Shown here: one piece after another, positions 13,721 through 25,983 of the stretch
Position numbering within the stretch: position 1 is the first letter of the stretch
Layout of the letters: each line of letters starts with the position of its first letter
Origin: Mytilus californianus
Lineage: Eukaryota
Assembly: GCF_021869535.1 (NCBI RefSeq)
Contig: NW_026262673.1
Coordinates: forward strand, 2,976,001 to 3,040,000
Direction of reading: 5' to 3'
Length of the DNA stretch: 64,000 bases
Program-made: the position numbers and the translations under genes
The notes under the pieces: model-generated
The model's database searches: none
The model's input: only the letters and a program-made list of their open reading frames with translations
Told to the model about the DNA's origin: nothing

Positions 13721-15009
13721 TCTATGTCGCGGAACTTTATGCACTGTCAACACAATTTGATTCTTGAAGACAAGAAACCAAATTTAATTTTAAGCGATCT
13801 ATTGTGCATAAATTGTAAAAATAAATCCAGAATAAAGGTGAAAAATCAAAATTTGATTACGAAAATTTTAATTGTGAAATATGTATGTTTATAGGTTAAT
13901 ATATAAATCAGATTAAATGAATATTCTTTAATAAACTTATCGTGCACTTTATATAATGGCCTGAATTTTTAATCAAGTTAAAGCTGCTTGATCATTTAAT
14001 TCTTCACTGACCCAATATTATACTTAATCTTTTGGCCATAATATTTAATATATTGACTTAAACTTATATAAAGCGCGTGACAACATATTATAAATATTGG
14101 CATGTTAACTATGCCGTGGATTGTGTACCGTGGATTGTGTATTTAAAAGATCCAGGTTGAGGTTATACACTTAAATATTAACACTAAAAACTATATCTTC
14201 AACAACAAACATCAATAAACATTAACTTTGTTTAACTTAATTCACTTCGGGCAGAATGCACATTTCATATTGGTACCTGTCAACAGTTACTGTCGATTCA
14301 GTTTGTCGATCTTTGTCATTGATAAATAGGTTATCTCAATATCTCAATGTCAATAATACATAATTTCAATATTTGTTTTTAACATATAAAAGAATATAAA
14401 CCGCTTAACGAAAAATTGGATAACACATAAAGAAAATATAAACAGACAAGAGTTGTATCCCTTGCAACATACTAATTCAACGATCACATAACCTTCCAAT
14501 GTTTATGCTGAGTGAGTGTTTATGTACTATATAATAATGTCTGTTTTCTTCATTTGCATATATCAGTCATGGATATAACAAAACAAAATTTAGTAACTCA
14601 CTGTATATCTAGAATAAAGATCGTCTTTAATATACATGAAATATTCCCCAATGGACTTGAGCAAGCGACAATAAATCAATCCGAATAAAGAATAACAAAA
14701 AATACAGATTAAACATTATCCATCTAAGACTAACAGTAAGGCTTTCGACATGGAGCAAACGCTTTCATCTGACTGCAAGATCAAGATGACTTCTTTCATC
14801 GACTTTAGTGGAATTCTATAAACAATACTCTACATCAGTCCACCAAAGAACACTGGAGTGGGGTAATATCAACATATTCTACTTTATATCGGACAAAGAA
14901 ATATTACAATAATCTCTTAGTTTAGATGCAGTATGGTTAATTACTTTTCAGAGGGTCGAGACAACTGTTGGGGGACTCTCAGTTCATCAGAATGTCGTAA
15001 GGTGACCTA

Positions 15010-15710
15010 TAGCTGCTTACATATACGTCATTTTGGTCTCTGGTGGAACGAAGTCTCATTGGCATACATACCACATCCTTTAAGACAACTACGCCCTTTG
15101 GTCTCTAAAGGATAGTTGTATCATTGGTAATCATACCACATCGCCTAAAACAACTACGTCGTTTGGTTTCTGATGGATAGTTGTCTCATTGCCAATCATA
15201 CCACATCTTCTTAGACAACTACGTCATTTGGTCTCTGATGGATAGTTGTCTCATTGTCAATCATTCCACATCTTCTTACACAACTACGTCATTTGTTCTC
15301 TGATGGATAGTTGTCTCATTGTCAATTATTCCACATCTTATTACACAACTACGTCCTTTGGTCTCTGATGGATAGTTGTCTCATTGTCAATCATTCCACA
15401 TCTTATTACACAACTACGTCCTTTGGTCTCTGATGGATAGTTGTCTCATTGTCAATCATTCCACATCTTCTTACACATCTACGTCGTTTGGTCTCAGTCT
15501 GATGGATAGTTGTCTCATTGTCAATCATTCCACATCTTCTTACACAACTACGTCGTTTGGTCTCAGTCTGATGGATAGTTGTCTCATTGCCAATCATTCC
15601 ACATCTTCTTAGACAACCATGTTCTTTGGTTTCTGATGGATAGTTGTCTCATTGCCAATCATTCCACATCTTCTTAGACAACCATGTTCTTTGGTCTCTG
15701 CTGGATATGG
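15010..15710 (-). repeat. 65-bp tandem array (~10 copies, two of 69 bp) of the head of the common interspersed element
   Basis: The unit is the reverse complement of AAGAAGATGTGGAATGATTGACAATGAGACAACTATCCATCAGAGACCAAATGACGTAGTTG. Confidence 0.93.
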
Positions 15711-16426
15711 ATAATGGTCTACTTTTTTTTTAAATGGACAATATAATTCTAAAATAATTTTTCTGTTCCTCTTTAAAATAGAAATACTGGTCTAACAAAA
15801 GACGTACTTCGCTCAGGATCATTAATTGCTGTTTGTTTTTGGTCTTTAAGGCTAACAATTGTTTCGTGAATTAAAGTAATGAAAAAATAATACTTGACCT
15901 TTTCATATGAAATATATAAAAGAATGACGGTTTGGTATGATTCCCAAATGAAACAACTGTCCACCAGATACCAAATGATGTAGATGTTAGACACTGTAAG
16001 AACAATCTTTTTTCAACAATGAGCAAAACCCATACTGTGGAGTAAGCTATACAATCCATCGACATAACAAAAAACGAGAAAATAGACGGTCTCATTTAGG
16101 CTAAAACAATACACGATCATAAATATGACATACAGCAGCTAAGGACAACGTATAACTGTACATATTTCTAATGTGTATAATACTAGTAATTTAATCCTAA
16201 TGTTCAGTTTGTTAGAAATAAATAGAGAGTTTCGATCTGCTTTCAAAATATTTTGATAGATAAGAAATATTATCTGGGATAAAAATAATTATCAACTTTC
16301 ATGAATAGAGACCTTTTCAACCATTTTATTGAAAGATATTTAAAACCTCATAACAGTTTTATTGTTCAGTTTGAAAAAGACAATTCAATGTATATTCGTC
16401 AAAAGCGTTATTCAAACTTTTCTATA

Positions 16427-19400
16427 ATGTGTTCAAAAAATGTATGCAGGATTTTTTTCTGTTTGATTTTTCATTTTTTGAACTTATTTAAATTTTCATC
16501 AAGTGCAGCACCAACTGGATGTGCGTTGGACGACACGGCCAGTTTGATAGGTCGTTTTGATTGCGAGTTTAATTCTGTATCTTTTCCCCTTGTAATGACA
16601 GATTTCTCCTCTCCCGATCCACAAAGAATCCGGGTGTACAATGTTTCCGGAACATTAAGTTCTCCTTCGTTTTCTGGATTCAGTTCATTCAATACAGGAA
16701 CGATCGATACTGACTATCCAACGTTACTAGAAATCGAATGTGTTAATGGCGGAACATTGGATATAAGTGCCGGAACGTTTACTGGTATGGATTACATCCA
16801 GGAATTCTATATCTCAAATTGTGTTATATCCGACTTGCCTGACAACGGTTTCGCCGATTTAGGAACGCTGAATTATTTCAAGATTGAAGGAGGCTCTATT
16901 GGATCTACACAAACCAACAGTCTGAATGGATTAAATGTAGCCAGATCTAGTTCACCTTCTCCACTCGGAACATTCATAATTTATAACTCTCCCATGAATA
17001 CTGGAACGCTTGCATCTGGCTTCCTAAATCCTTTGACCACAGTCACAACAATTATGTTGAAGAACATTGGCTTGAATTCTATAGAAGCCAATATGTTCTC
17101 CCAAAATACATTAGTCCGTAACTTAAGTATTGCAGGAAACAATTTTCAAGAGCTTCCTAACAATATATTTTCTGGATTAGATGCGTTAATGTTTCTAGAC
17201 ATGATTGATGTCCCCTTTAAATGTAGTTGTTCTAATGTTTGGTTTCTTGATTATTTAGTTGAACATAATATCAGTATAGTTGGAGCAGCTGTCTGTAGCG
17301 AGCCTTCTTTATATAATTGTAAGTACTTCTTCCACTTTCTCAGATAAACTTCTTCAGAAGTTATATTTAGTAGCGTCTTCAACATTTAATATAAACTGAT
17401 GCTAGGGACCGAATTTAACTTGGTTGAAGGCCTAACTATGAATTCAATTGTTGGCAATTTGTGTCATGAAAATAAATAAACGTAAGGTACGTTTTCGAGA
17501 TTATGCCCACAACGGTGTTGTTTCAGAAAGTGATGGGGGTGGGGGGTGCTATTTTGATTTTGCAGAATATTCTTTTACAACAAGCGAGTATATGATGTAT
17601 ATGCAACATACGGTGATAACTATTCTGTATCTTAATACAAAACATGGTACATATATCAAATTTCAGTGTTTTGACAAGATGCTATAGTCATAAAAGACGT
17701 CTCGGTTTTAGACAAAGTTATGGACCCCAAAATCAATATTTATGTTTTCATATTGATGAACCTACATCTGTACTGTTATTGTTCATGGCAACCCTAACAT
17801 CCCATATTTTAGGGACATTTCTTTTAATTAAAACCTATTATAGTTTTCAGGTATTTTGAACGTTTCCCTATATAGTCTATGTAATGTGTTATTAAAAATA
17901 TTAAAAGGGGACAGGAAACAAGTACATATGTTTGGCCTGTGTCAAAAAGGTAGAAATTAGGAATTACGCATCATTTATTAATTGTGTTTACCTTTCTGGA
18001 CTTTTCCTTTTTAGTTTTTATTTTACCATTTATTTATTAAAGCTGCATGTCAAATCAAAGACTTAAAAAATGGTACTTCTCAAGATCTGGTTTGCGCTAA
18101 CCCATTTTCAATTAGCATGGGGCGTTTGTCTTCCTGTGGACAGCGTTCCGGTGTACTAGCACTTTAAAGTCCTGTAATAACAGTAGGCTAGCACAAATCA
18201 GTCAAAATTATACATAACCCTTTGGTTTTCTTTTATTGTCTTCTATTTTATTACTATAAAACCTTATACTAATTATTTTTCGTAAATTCACATATACATA
18301 TTTAGGCCTATTTCGGTTTATACAAAATATTTGGCAACTAAATTCACATACACAATTTTGCTTAACAAATTTCTCCGCTCTTTACTTGGCTGCTGGTGTA
18401 CCAGGACAACGTTGCTGTCGCTCACTGCCGTTTGCATGGCCTAGCTTTTCTCCTGTTCCGGCTTTTGGTGGCTCCTATTTATTTCTTTTATTTTTTTCTT
18501 TGTAAAAATTTTCATTTTTATTTTCTACAAACATATTTTTTGACAAACATAGAGTACAAAGAATTTATTCTATATACAAAATTAGAAACTCATGATCTTA
18601 AAAGAAAAATGTCAAATAGCATACCTTCGTCATGTCAAACACTAATAGTATTTTTCAGAGAAGATGTGAGTGATGATGTATGATATTAATATTAATAACT
18701 AATGATAATAGATAATTATATATAATTATAATCAAATCAAAATAAATAAGAAGATGTGGTATGAGTGCCAATGAAACATCTCTCCATCTAAGTCACAATG
18801 TGTAAAAAGTAAACAATTATAGGTTAAAGTACGGCCTTCAACACGGAGCCTTGACTCACACCGAACAGCAAGCTATAAAGGGCCTCAAAAAGACTACCGA
18901 CAGTAGTGTAAAACAATTCAATCAGGAAAACCAACGGTCTTATTTATATAAAAAGAGAGAAACAACGAGAAACACATATGAACCATACCAACAAACGACA
19001 ACCACTGAACAACAGGCTTCTGACTTTAAGTTAGTATATATAGGTGCATAACATGCAGAGGGATTAAACGTTTTAAGTAGGCTTGTAGTACGTGTTGAAC
19101 AATATATATATATTTTCCATATTTTATATCATTTATATTATTTGTATCATTACAGTACAAAGAGCGACAATATTCCAAGATGAAAACTGTCCTTATGACC
19201 CTTGTGGAAAAATGTCAGGTCAGTAGATCTCTAAACATATGGAAGATTCCAGGTCAGTAGGTCTATAAACAATGTATGAGAGATTCCAGGTCAATAGGTC
19301 TCTAAACATAAGGAAGAAAAGACAGCTACATTTATTTGATTCAAACACAAAATAATTTTGGTAGGTGTTGTAAGAAAGTTTGTTCTTTAATGAAATGTTG

Positions 19401-21304
19401 AAAAGTATACTTACTAAGATGATACTAAATTTTGTGTGAACAAATAATTGTGGTCATTGACTATGATTAGGAATCTTGATATCACGAGAACATGACACAC
19501 AACCTATCGTAGTATTTACACTGTATATGTACGTAGTATTTACATTATATATACGTAGTATGTACACTGTATATGTACGTTGTATGTACACTGTATATAT
19601 ATGTAGTATGTACATTGTATATATACGTAGTATGTACACTGTATATATATGTAGTCGTATGTACACTGTATATGTACTTAGTATGAACACTGTATATGTA
19701 CGTAGTATGTACACTGTATATGTACGTAGTATTTACACTGTATATATACGTAGTATTTACACTGTATATATACGTAGTATGTACACTATATATGTTTGTA
19801 GTATTTACACTGTATATATACGTAGTATGTACACTGTATACATACGTAGTATGTACATTGTATATATACGTAGTATATACACTGTATATGTACATGTACG
19901 TAGTATGTACACTGTATATATACGTAGTATGTACACTGTATATATACGTAGTATATACACTGTATATGTACATGTACGTAGTATGTTCACTGTATATATA
20001 CGTAGTATATACACTGTATATGTACATGTACGTAGTATGTACACTGTATATATACGTAGTATTTACACTGTATATATACGTAGTATGTACACTGTATACA
20101 TACGTAGTATTTACACTGTATATATACGTAGTATGTACATTGTATACATACGTAGTATGTACATTGTATATATACGTAGTATATACACTGTATATGTACA
20201 TGTACGTAGTATGTACACTGTATATATACGTAGTATGTACACTGTATATATACGTAGCATATACACTGTATATGTACATGTACGTAGTATGTTCACTGTA
20301 TATATACGTAGTATATACACTGTATATGTACATGTACGTAGTATGTACACTGTATATATACGTAGTATTTACACTGTATATATACGTAGTATGTACACTG
20401 TATACATACGTAGTATTTACACTGTATATATACGTAGTATGTACACTGTATACATACGTAGTATGTGCACTGTATATATACGTAGTATATACACTGTATA
20501 TGTACATGTACGTAGTATTTACCCTGTATATATACGTAGTATGTACACTGCATATATACGTAGTATTTACACTGTATATGTACGTAGTATTTACACTGTA
20601 TATATACGGAGTATGTACACTGTATATATACGTAGTATTTACACTGTATATGTACGTAGTATTTACACTGTATATATACGGAGTATGTACACTGTATATA
20701 TACGTAGTATTTACACTGTATATGTACGTAGTATTTACACTGTATATGTACGTTATATTTACACTGTATATATACGTAGTATGTTTTTCCAGACTTAGAC
20801 CACGCGTGTTACTGATGAAATTTTTCAAACTCTATGTTTTCAGGTATAAATGCAGATCCACGATGTCATACGATTTTCCAAGTGTTTGGATATGTTGTTA
20901 CATGTTGTAGTTTACTCGTGGCATTGACGGCCATTTATCTGTACCTTAACACCCGACTTCATATTGCTATGCCAAAATTCCGACTAGAACAGAAGAAGAA
21001 AAACGCTTGGATAAAAGTACAAGACTCACTTTACAAAGGCGTGGTCAATATGATTCCACCAGCTTCAACAGGAGTAAACGGAGGAAAATTGCCTCCAATT
21101 AGGAAAGCGATGCGGAAAAGATTTTTATCCCTAAACGAGATACAGCCTTTTGATCTTCCGAACAATTCTGATCTGGAAAAAGATAATTTGGCAAAAGAAA
21201 GTAAAGAAGACAATATTGCTCCTTTTGGAAATAATCAAACGACCAATGAAGAAAGTGACCAATCCAAAACGGATTTAGAAGTGTCCATGGCAAATGGACA
21301 ATGA
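16427..21304 (+). CDS. Single-pass LRR membrane protein, paralog 1 (471 aa): join(16427..17318,19156..19218,20844..21304)
   Basis: Signal-peptide-like start MCSKNVCRIFFCLIFHFL, Cys cap, LRRs (e.g. LVRNLSIAGNNFQELPNNIFSGLDAL), LRRCT (FKCSCSNVW...AAVC), 63-nt exon QRATIFQDENCPYDPCGKMS, TM segment, acidic tail. Canonical splice sites; the joined length of 1416 nt is in frame. Confidence 0.88.
18742..19075 (+). mobile_element. Copy of a very abundant non-autonomous interspersed element (AAAATAAGAAGATGTGGTATGA[G/T]TGCCAATGAGACAAC family); roughly 15 or more full or partial copies in the window
   Basis: Same head at ~8815, 10990, 18742, 28855, 37410, 38300, 46845, 50825, 62445 (+) and ~12950, 24060, 45560, 51880, 52515 (-). 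Class not determinable by eye. Confidence 0.85.
19216..19318. repeat. 34-37-bp repeat x3 starting on the exon 2 donor of LRR paralog 1
   Basis: CAG|GTCAGTAG at 19216 and 19250; CAG|GTCAATAG at 19287. Confidence 0.85.
19505..20790. repeat. 24-bp minisatellite with 30-bp variants, ~50 copies, in intron 2 of LRR paralog 1
   Basis: Unit TACGTAGTATGTACACTGTATATA. Confidence 0.98.
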
Positions 21305-22689
21305 TTATATACATGTACATGAAGGTATTTCAAGCGAAGACAATGACGTATCAAGGAATACGAAAGACGAAACCAAATCATTCAAATAAGACCACGAAAA
21401 ATATAGAAAACCCTTTTGAAAAGGAAATAAATGAGTAACATATTTCATACTAGTAGTCAATTGTAACTGTTGAGGGTCTCGTTGAGGAGTCCGATATCTG
21501 TATTGTTATCTTCTTTTTATCTCTATTCTGTATTTTGCACATAATTCCTTATTGGCTATGATTGATAGTTTTCCTGCAGAAAGTCGATGGTTTTCTCCGG
21601 ATACTCCGGCTTCCTCAAACAATAAAAACTGGTGTAACCAGGGTAATGAAAGTGGAATAAATCAACAACACTCAATCAATCTATTCTTTACAATTCTGGA
21701 TCCCATTATTCTCTATTCTGTTAACCCAATCCAGACCCTCATAATTATTTTCACCTCTAAACTTTTGTTTTAAAGTTTCATTCAGAATGATAATAACAGA
21801 TAAAGAATTATAATATTTTAACATGGCGTAGTGGTATGTTTAAACATTTGTCGGCTTTTCAACCAACAATCGGCATTCCCATGGGAATCAACTGTGCTTC
21901 TCTTTAAGCCGGTTAAAATCATTTGAAAAAGGTTTCACTCATCAGATCGACACATAACACACAAAAAAGCATCTTACAAGAATATTAAAACACAGAGTAC
22001 CGATCTGAGAGTACTCGCAGTAACTGAAATCTTAAACGCCAATAACAACTAAAAAATACATGTATCCAAGACTAAAATACCAATCTGTACACATCCAATA
22101 AATTTAGTGTAAAGACGTCATAAACAGTCAGAGAAAACAGGATTTTGTGCAATGGCAAGATATAAGTAGAGACAAAATGTAGTACAGTAAATGTTTATAG
22201 TAGTATAGCAATACTATTTAGTTGTGCTTTAATTTATTGATTACGAAATTAATGTTTGTACCGATAGACACAACATTCCAAGATCTAATCACAGTGGTAA
22301 AGTGATAACATTTTACAATAAGTTTATTTAAAGGTTCGATAAGTTAACACTGGTCGTAATTTAAATTTGCGGACTCTATAAACAACATCAAAGTAAAAAT
22401 TATATTGTGATAATATTTCTATAGCCAAATTTCCAAACCAAATATTTTTAATTAATGAAAGCATTTAGTAAAGGTTTTAAGTGATTTGTGGTAACGAAAT
22501 CCTTACATGTTTATAATAGCAGTTGTTTTATTTGTCTTGATTAATTGTTCAAACGAAAGAGGTATATCAAAGAAGCTTATTTAAGTCCGCCAAGTTTAAT
22601 CAGTAGTGGAACCATGAACTACTAAAAAGGGGGAGTGGTTACATGTTAATAAGATAAGGAAGAAGACGCCAAACGAAATCTGACTTAAT

Positions 22690-23725
22690 AATTTATCATT
22701 ATAATCTTTATTGCAAAATTACACCCATAAGGGTCAAGCAATACAAACAAACAATTATACATTTTAAATACAATGCAATACAATGTAATACAATACAATA
22801 TAATAGAACATATTTTAAGAGTTCAATTATAAATTTATGTAAAAAACACAATCATAAGCTTGTCTGACATAGGTCTGACCCCCTCAGTTCTAAAGACTGC
22901 TTAATAAAGACTCCAATATGACAAACAAGTTCAGGGATGGGGTTTAGAATGTGTTTTAGTTTATTAAATGCATCAAGATGTTGAAATAATGGTACATAGT
23001 CTTTTAGATAAGCAAAAAAATTAGAACGCAATGATATGTTAATGTCACAATACAAAAAGAAATGAAATTCGTCATCTAGGACTCCACATTTTTTTACATA
23101 ATCTTTGTGCTCTTGGAATGTTTCTGTACCTTCCCAATTCAATGCCTAGGGAATGATCACTGAGTCTAAATTTTGAGAGAAACTGCCTATGTAAAAAATA
23201 ATTGCAATTTAAATATTCCTCAGACTGACAATTAGTTTTTAATTTCCCATAGAGACAAAGTTTGGATGAGGAATCTAATTTTGAAAGTTTATTTAAAGTA
23301 GTTTTTTCATATTCCTCTGAAACACACTTTTTAATGTTACATTTTAACACGTTTTTTGATTGTCTAAAAGGTACATTAATATTAGAGTAATTTTCTGGGT
23401 TTATTTTCATGTTTTTAAAAATTTTATCTGCAAATGAGTACCAAGAATAAATTCCTGCGGAATGTAAATTTATGTTTGTTTGTAGAGTTTCTTTAACCAG
23501 GGGATTAATATCATTACAGTTTATTGTATAAAAATACATGAGTGTTTGAGTTTTTATATAAGAGTCCAAAGAAAATCTACCTAATTCTGATCTAGCACCT
23601 ATGTTAGTGGCTGTCTTTTTCAGTCCTAAAACTGCTTTACAAAATTTAGAATGAACCTTCTCAAAAGGACATTTTTCTGCTAATGCAAGAGTATCACAAA
23701 AAGTATTATTAATATATTATATATA
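22690..23725 (-). mobile_element. 5'-truncated LINE (CR1/L2-group) ORF2 C-terminus with 3' tail; frameshifted
   Basis: FEKVHSKFCKAVLGLKKTATNIGARSELGRFSL...LSKFRLSDHSLGIELGRYRNIPRAQRLCKK/CGVLDDEFHFFLYC (C-terminal CCHC knuckle). Frameshift at an A-run near 23090. The 3' tail has AATAAA and short ATT/TATTG repeats. Confidence 0.88.
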
Positions 23726-23726
23726 A

Positions 23727-23848
23727 GGTTCATTGAATTCTATGACGTCACTATAGACACTGTAATAACAAACGAATTGTGATATATAAAAACCGTAAGA
23801 TGGGTTCAAAGGAACATCCCCTTTCAAAATAGGAAAATTAACAAAAGG
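23727..23848 (-). mobile_element. Fragment of a Penelope-like (RT/GIY-YIG) retroelement ORF
   Basis: Translates as PFVNFPILKGDVPLNPSYGFYISQFVCYYSVYSDVIEFNE, resembling the VNFPFLDGDVPxxPSYGVYISQLVRFAR motif of these elements (recognised from memory). Confidence 0.65.
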
Positions 23849-25050
23849 GAACGAAGAATTGTACCAGTATTATGTATAAAGTTTCCTGTGTGAAACTGAA
23901 ATATCTAAATCAAGGACAGGACCGTTGTTGGAGTTTGTATTTGATTTATGCTTTGTGGTATTGGTTTGTTCATTGTTTAAGGCCGTAGGGTGACATATAA
24001 TTTCTTACTTTTACGTCATTTGGTCCATGGTGGCAAGTTGTCTCATTATCAATCAAACCATCTCCCTGATTTTTAGTTCATCTGACTGGAAGGGTCAAGT
24101 GAGCTATCCTCATCACTTTGCGTCTCCCGTCTGTAGAAAAACTGTTATGTTCTATATGTGTGTGTGTTATACTCTTTTCATTAAGCTTTTAGTGACGAAG
24201 TCTTCAAACAGAAAACAGGTATTTTCGATAGCTTTTCAAAGGCCTGAACCATCATTGCTTCAATGTGGCTTATTACTTAAAACAATAGCCTAAAACAAAT
24301 CTTCATTTGAACTCTACCATTGTGCCCATTGTGCCCATGTTAGGGAACGATCATTTAACTTCAAGGAGGAGTTTTTTTTTTTTCCTAAAAAAATATCCTG
24401 ATCCCCAATTCGACGAAAAAATTGTTTGTGATCAAGCAGATGACAAAAAAAACTAAATTCTGAATCCAGATTTTCCTCATACCTTATAGTGTTAAATTTT
24501 GGAAAAAAAAATTTATTGATAGCGTCGAAAAGCTAAAAAAAAATTATCCCGACTTAATATTTAATGCAAAAATTATAAAGAAATTAATTTGGAAAGCGTA
24601 AAAACACATTTGCAAGGTATACACTGTCCACACTAAGGACACTATTTGTACCGACAATTAAAAGCCGATAACTGTGTCCTCGGACCAATTTTATATAAAG
24701 CTTTCAAATTAGTTGATTCAAATTAATAGATTTTTACAGGAAAAAATATCAAAGAATGGTGTGCGACCCATAGGCGTAATGCACATATTTCTATTATATT
24801 TCAGGTTTTGTTCATATTTATTAATAAAATGTCCTAAACATGATACATATCTGAATTAAATTACTTGTTTCTATAATTTAAAAACTTACTTACACTTATG
24901 GATTAACGAATTAAGGCGATAATAAAGGATTAACATATTTTTTAATAGACAGGGTTCAATATTTACAGCATAGATCCGACATCAGCCAATTCTGGAAAAT
25001 GGAGGTTCGAATGTAAAATTATTCCGTACACGAAATCAGGACAATTCGGA

Positions 25051-25952
25051 ATGTTGATTTTATTAGTTGTGTTGTTGTGTGGCGCTGTGAAGGTGGATGG
25101 CGCAGCACAATCTGGATGTACTTACGTTGATACAGATGGATCAGCTCGAGGGGTATACGAATGTGATTATCCATCTGTCTCTCTTCCTTTGACGTATTCA
25201 TCCTTCTCCAGTCCAATACCTCAAAGGATGAAGATTTATAATGTACATGGGCAACTTCCTGCCAGTAACCCAACATCCACATTTTCAGGATTTTCAGGAA
25301 TGGGAACACTTGATCCCGATTATCCAGCATCTCTAGAAATACGATGTTCCGCAGGGGGCACGTTACTTTTATTTGCCGGAACATTTACCGGTATGTCGTA
25401 CCTCCAGGAACTATCAATTATCAACTGTGTTATCAGCAGTGGATTTACGTCATCAGCTTTCTCGGCAATCGGTTCACTCAATTACTTCTTGGTGTACGGT
25501 GGCTCCTTGGCCACTCTGGCTAATGACGCGTTTACAGGCCTCGATATACAGAAGCTAAGCAGCGTTCCGGATCCGAAAGGTGAACTAGCTATGATTGGTG
25601 TTACGTTACCTAGTACAACTTTACCACAAGGACTTTTGTACTCACAGACTAATTTAGTCAGTGTAGTATTGGACAACCTCGGACTAACCGTCGTAAGAGC
25701 GGATGATTTTTCTCAGAATACTTTATTAGAGAAGATATCGCTTCAGTACAATGCATTTACCGAGATTTCCTCCACGATCTTTGATGGCCTTGACCTACTA
25801 TTGAGTGTAAACTTGATGGGAACTGAATGGAATTGTACGTGTGAAAACATATGGATCGTAAATACGGCGAATGCGAGCGGATACGAGATAGAGACAGGAT
25901 ATACATGTACCACACCAGCGCTGTATGAAAGTAAATATATTTATTTTGGTTT

Positions 25953-25983
<31 letters not shown>

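Noticed and set aside
16301-16426. 42-aa N-terminal extension of the LRR paralog 1 ORF
   Set aside because: The other three paralogs start ~20 aa before the GC cap. The ATG at 16427 gives a comparable signal peptide, so the extension is probably UTR or intron.
19454-20910. Long ORFs of 404-440 aa on both strands
   Set aside because: They are translations of the 24/30-bp minisatellite, whose unit lengths are multiples of 3 and lack stops in several frames. They lie inside an intron.
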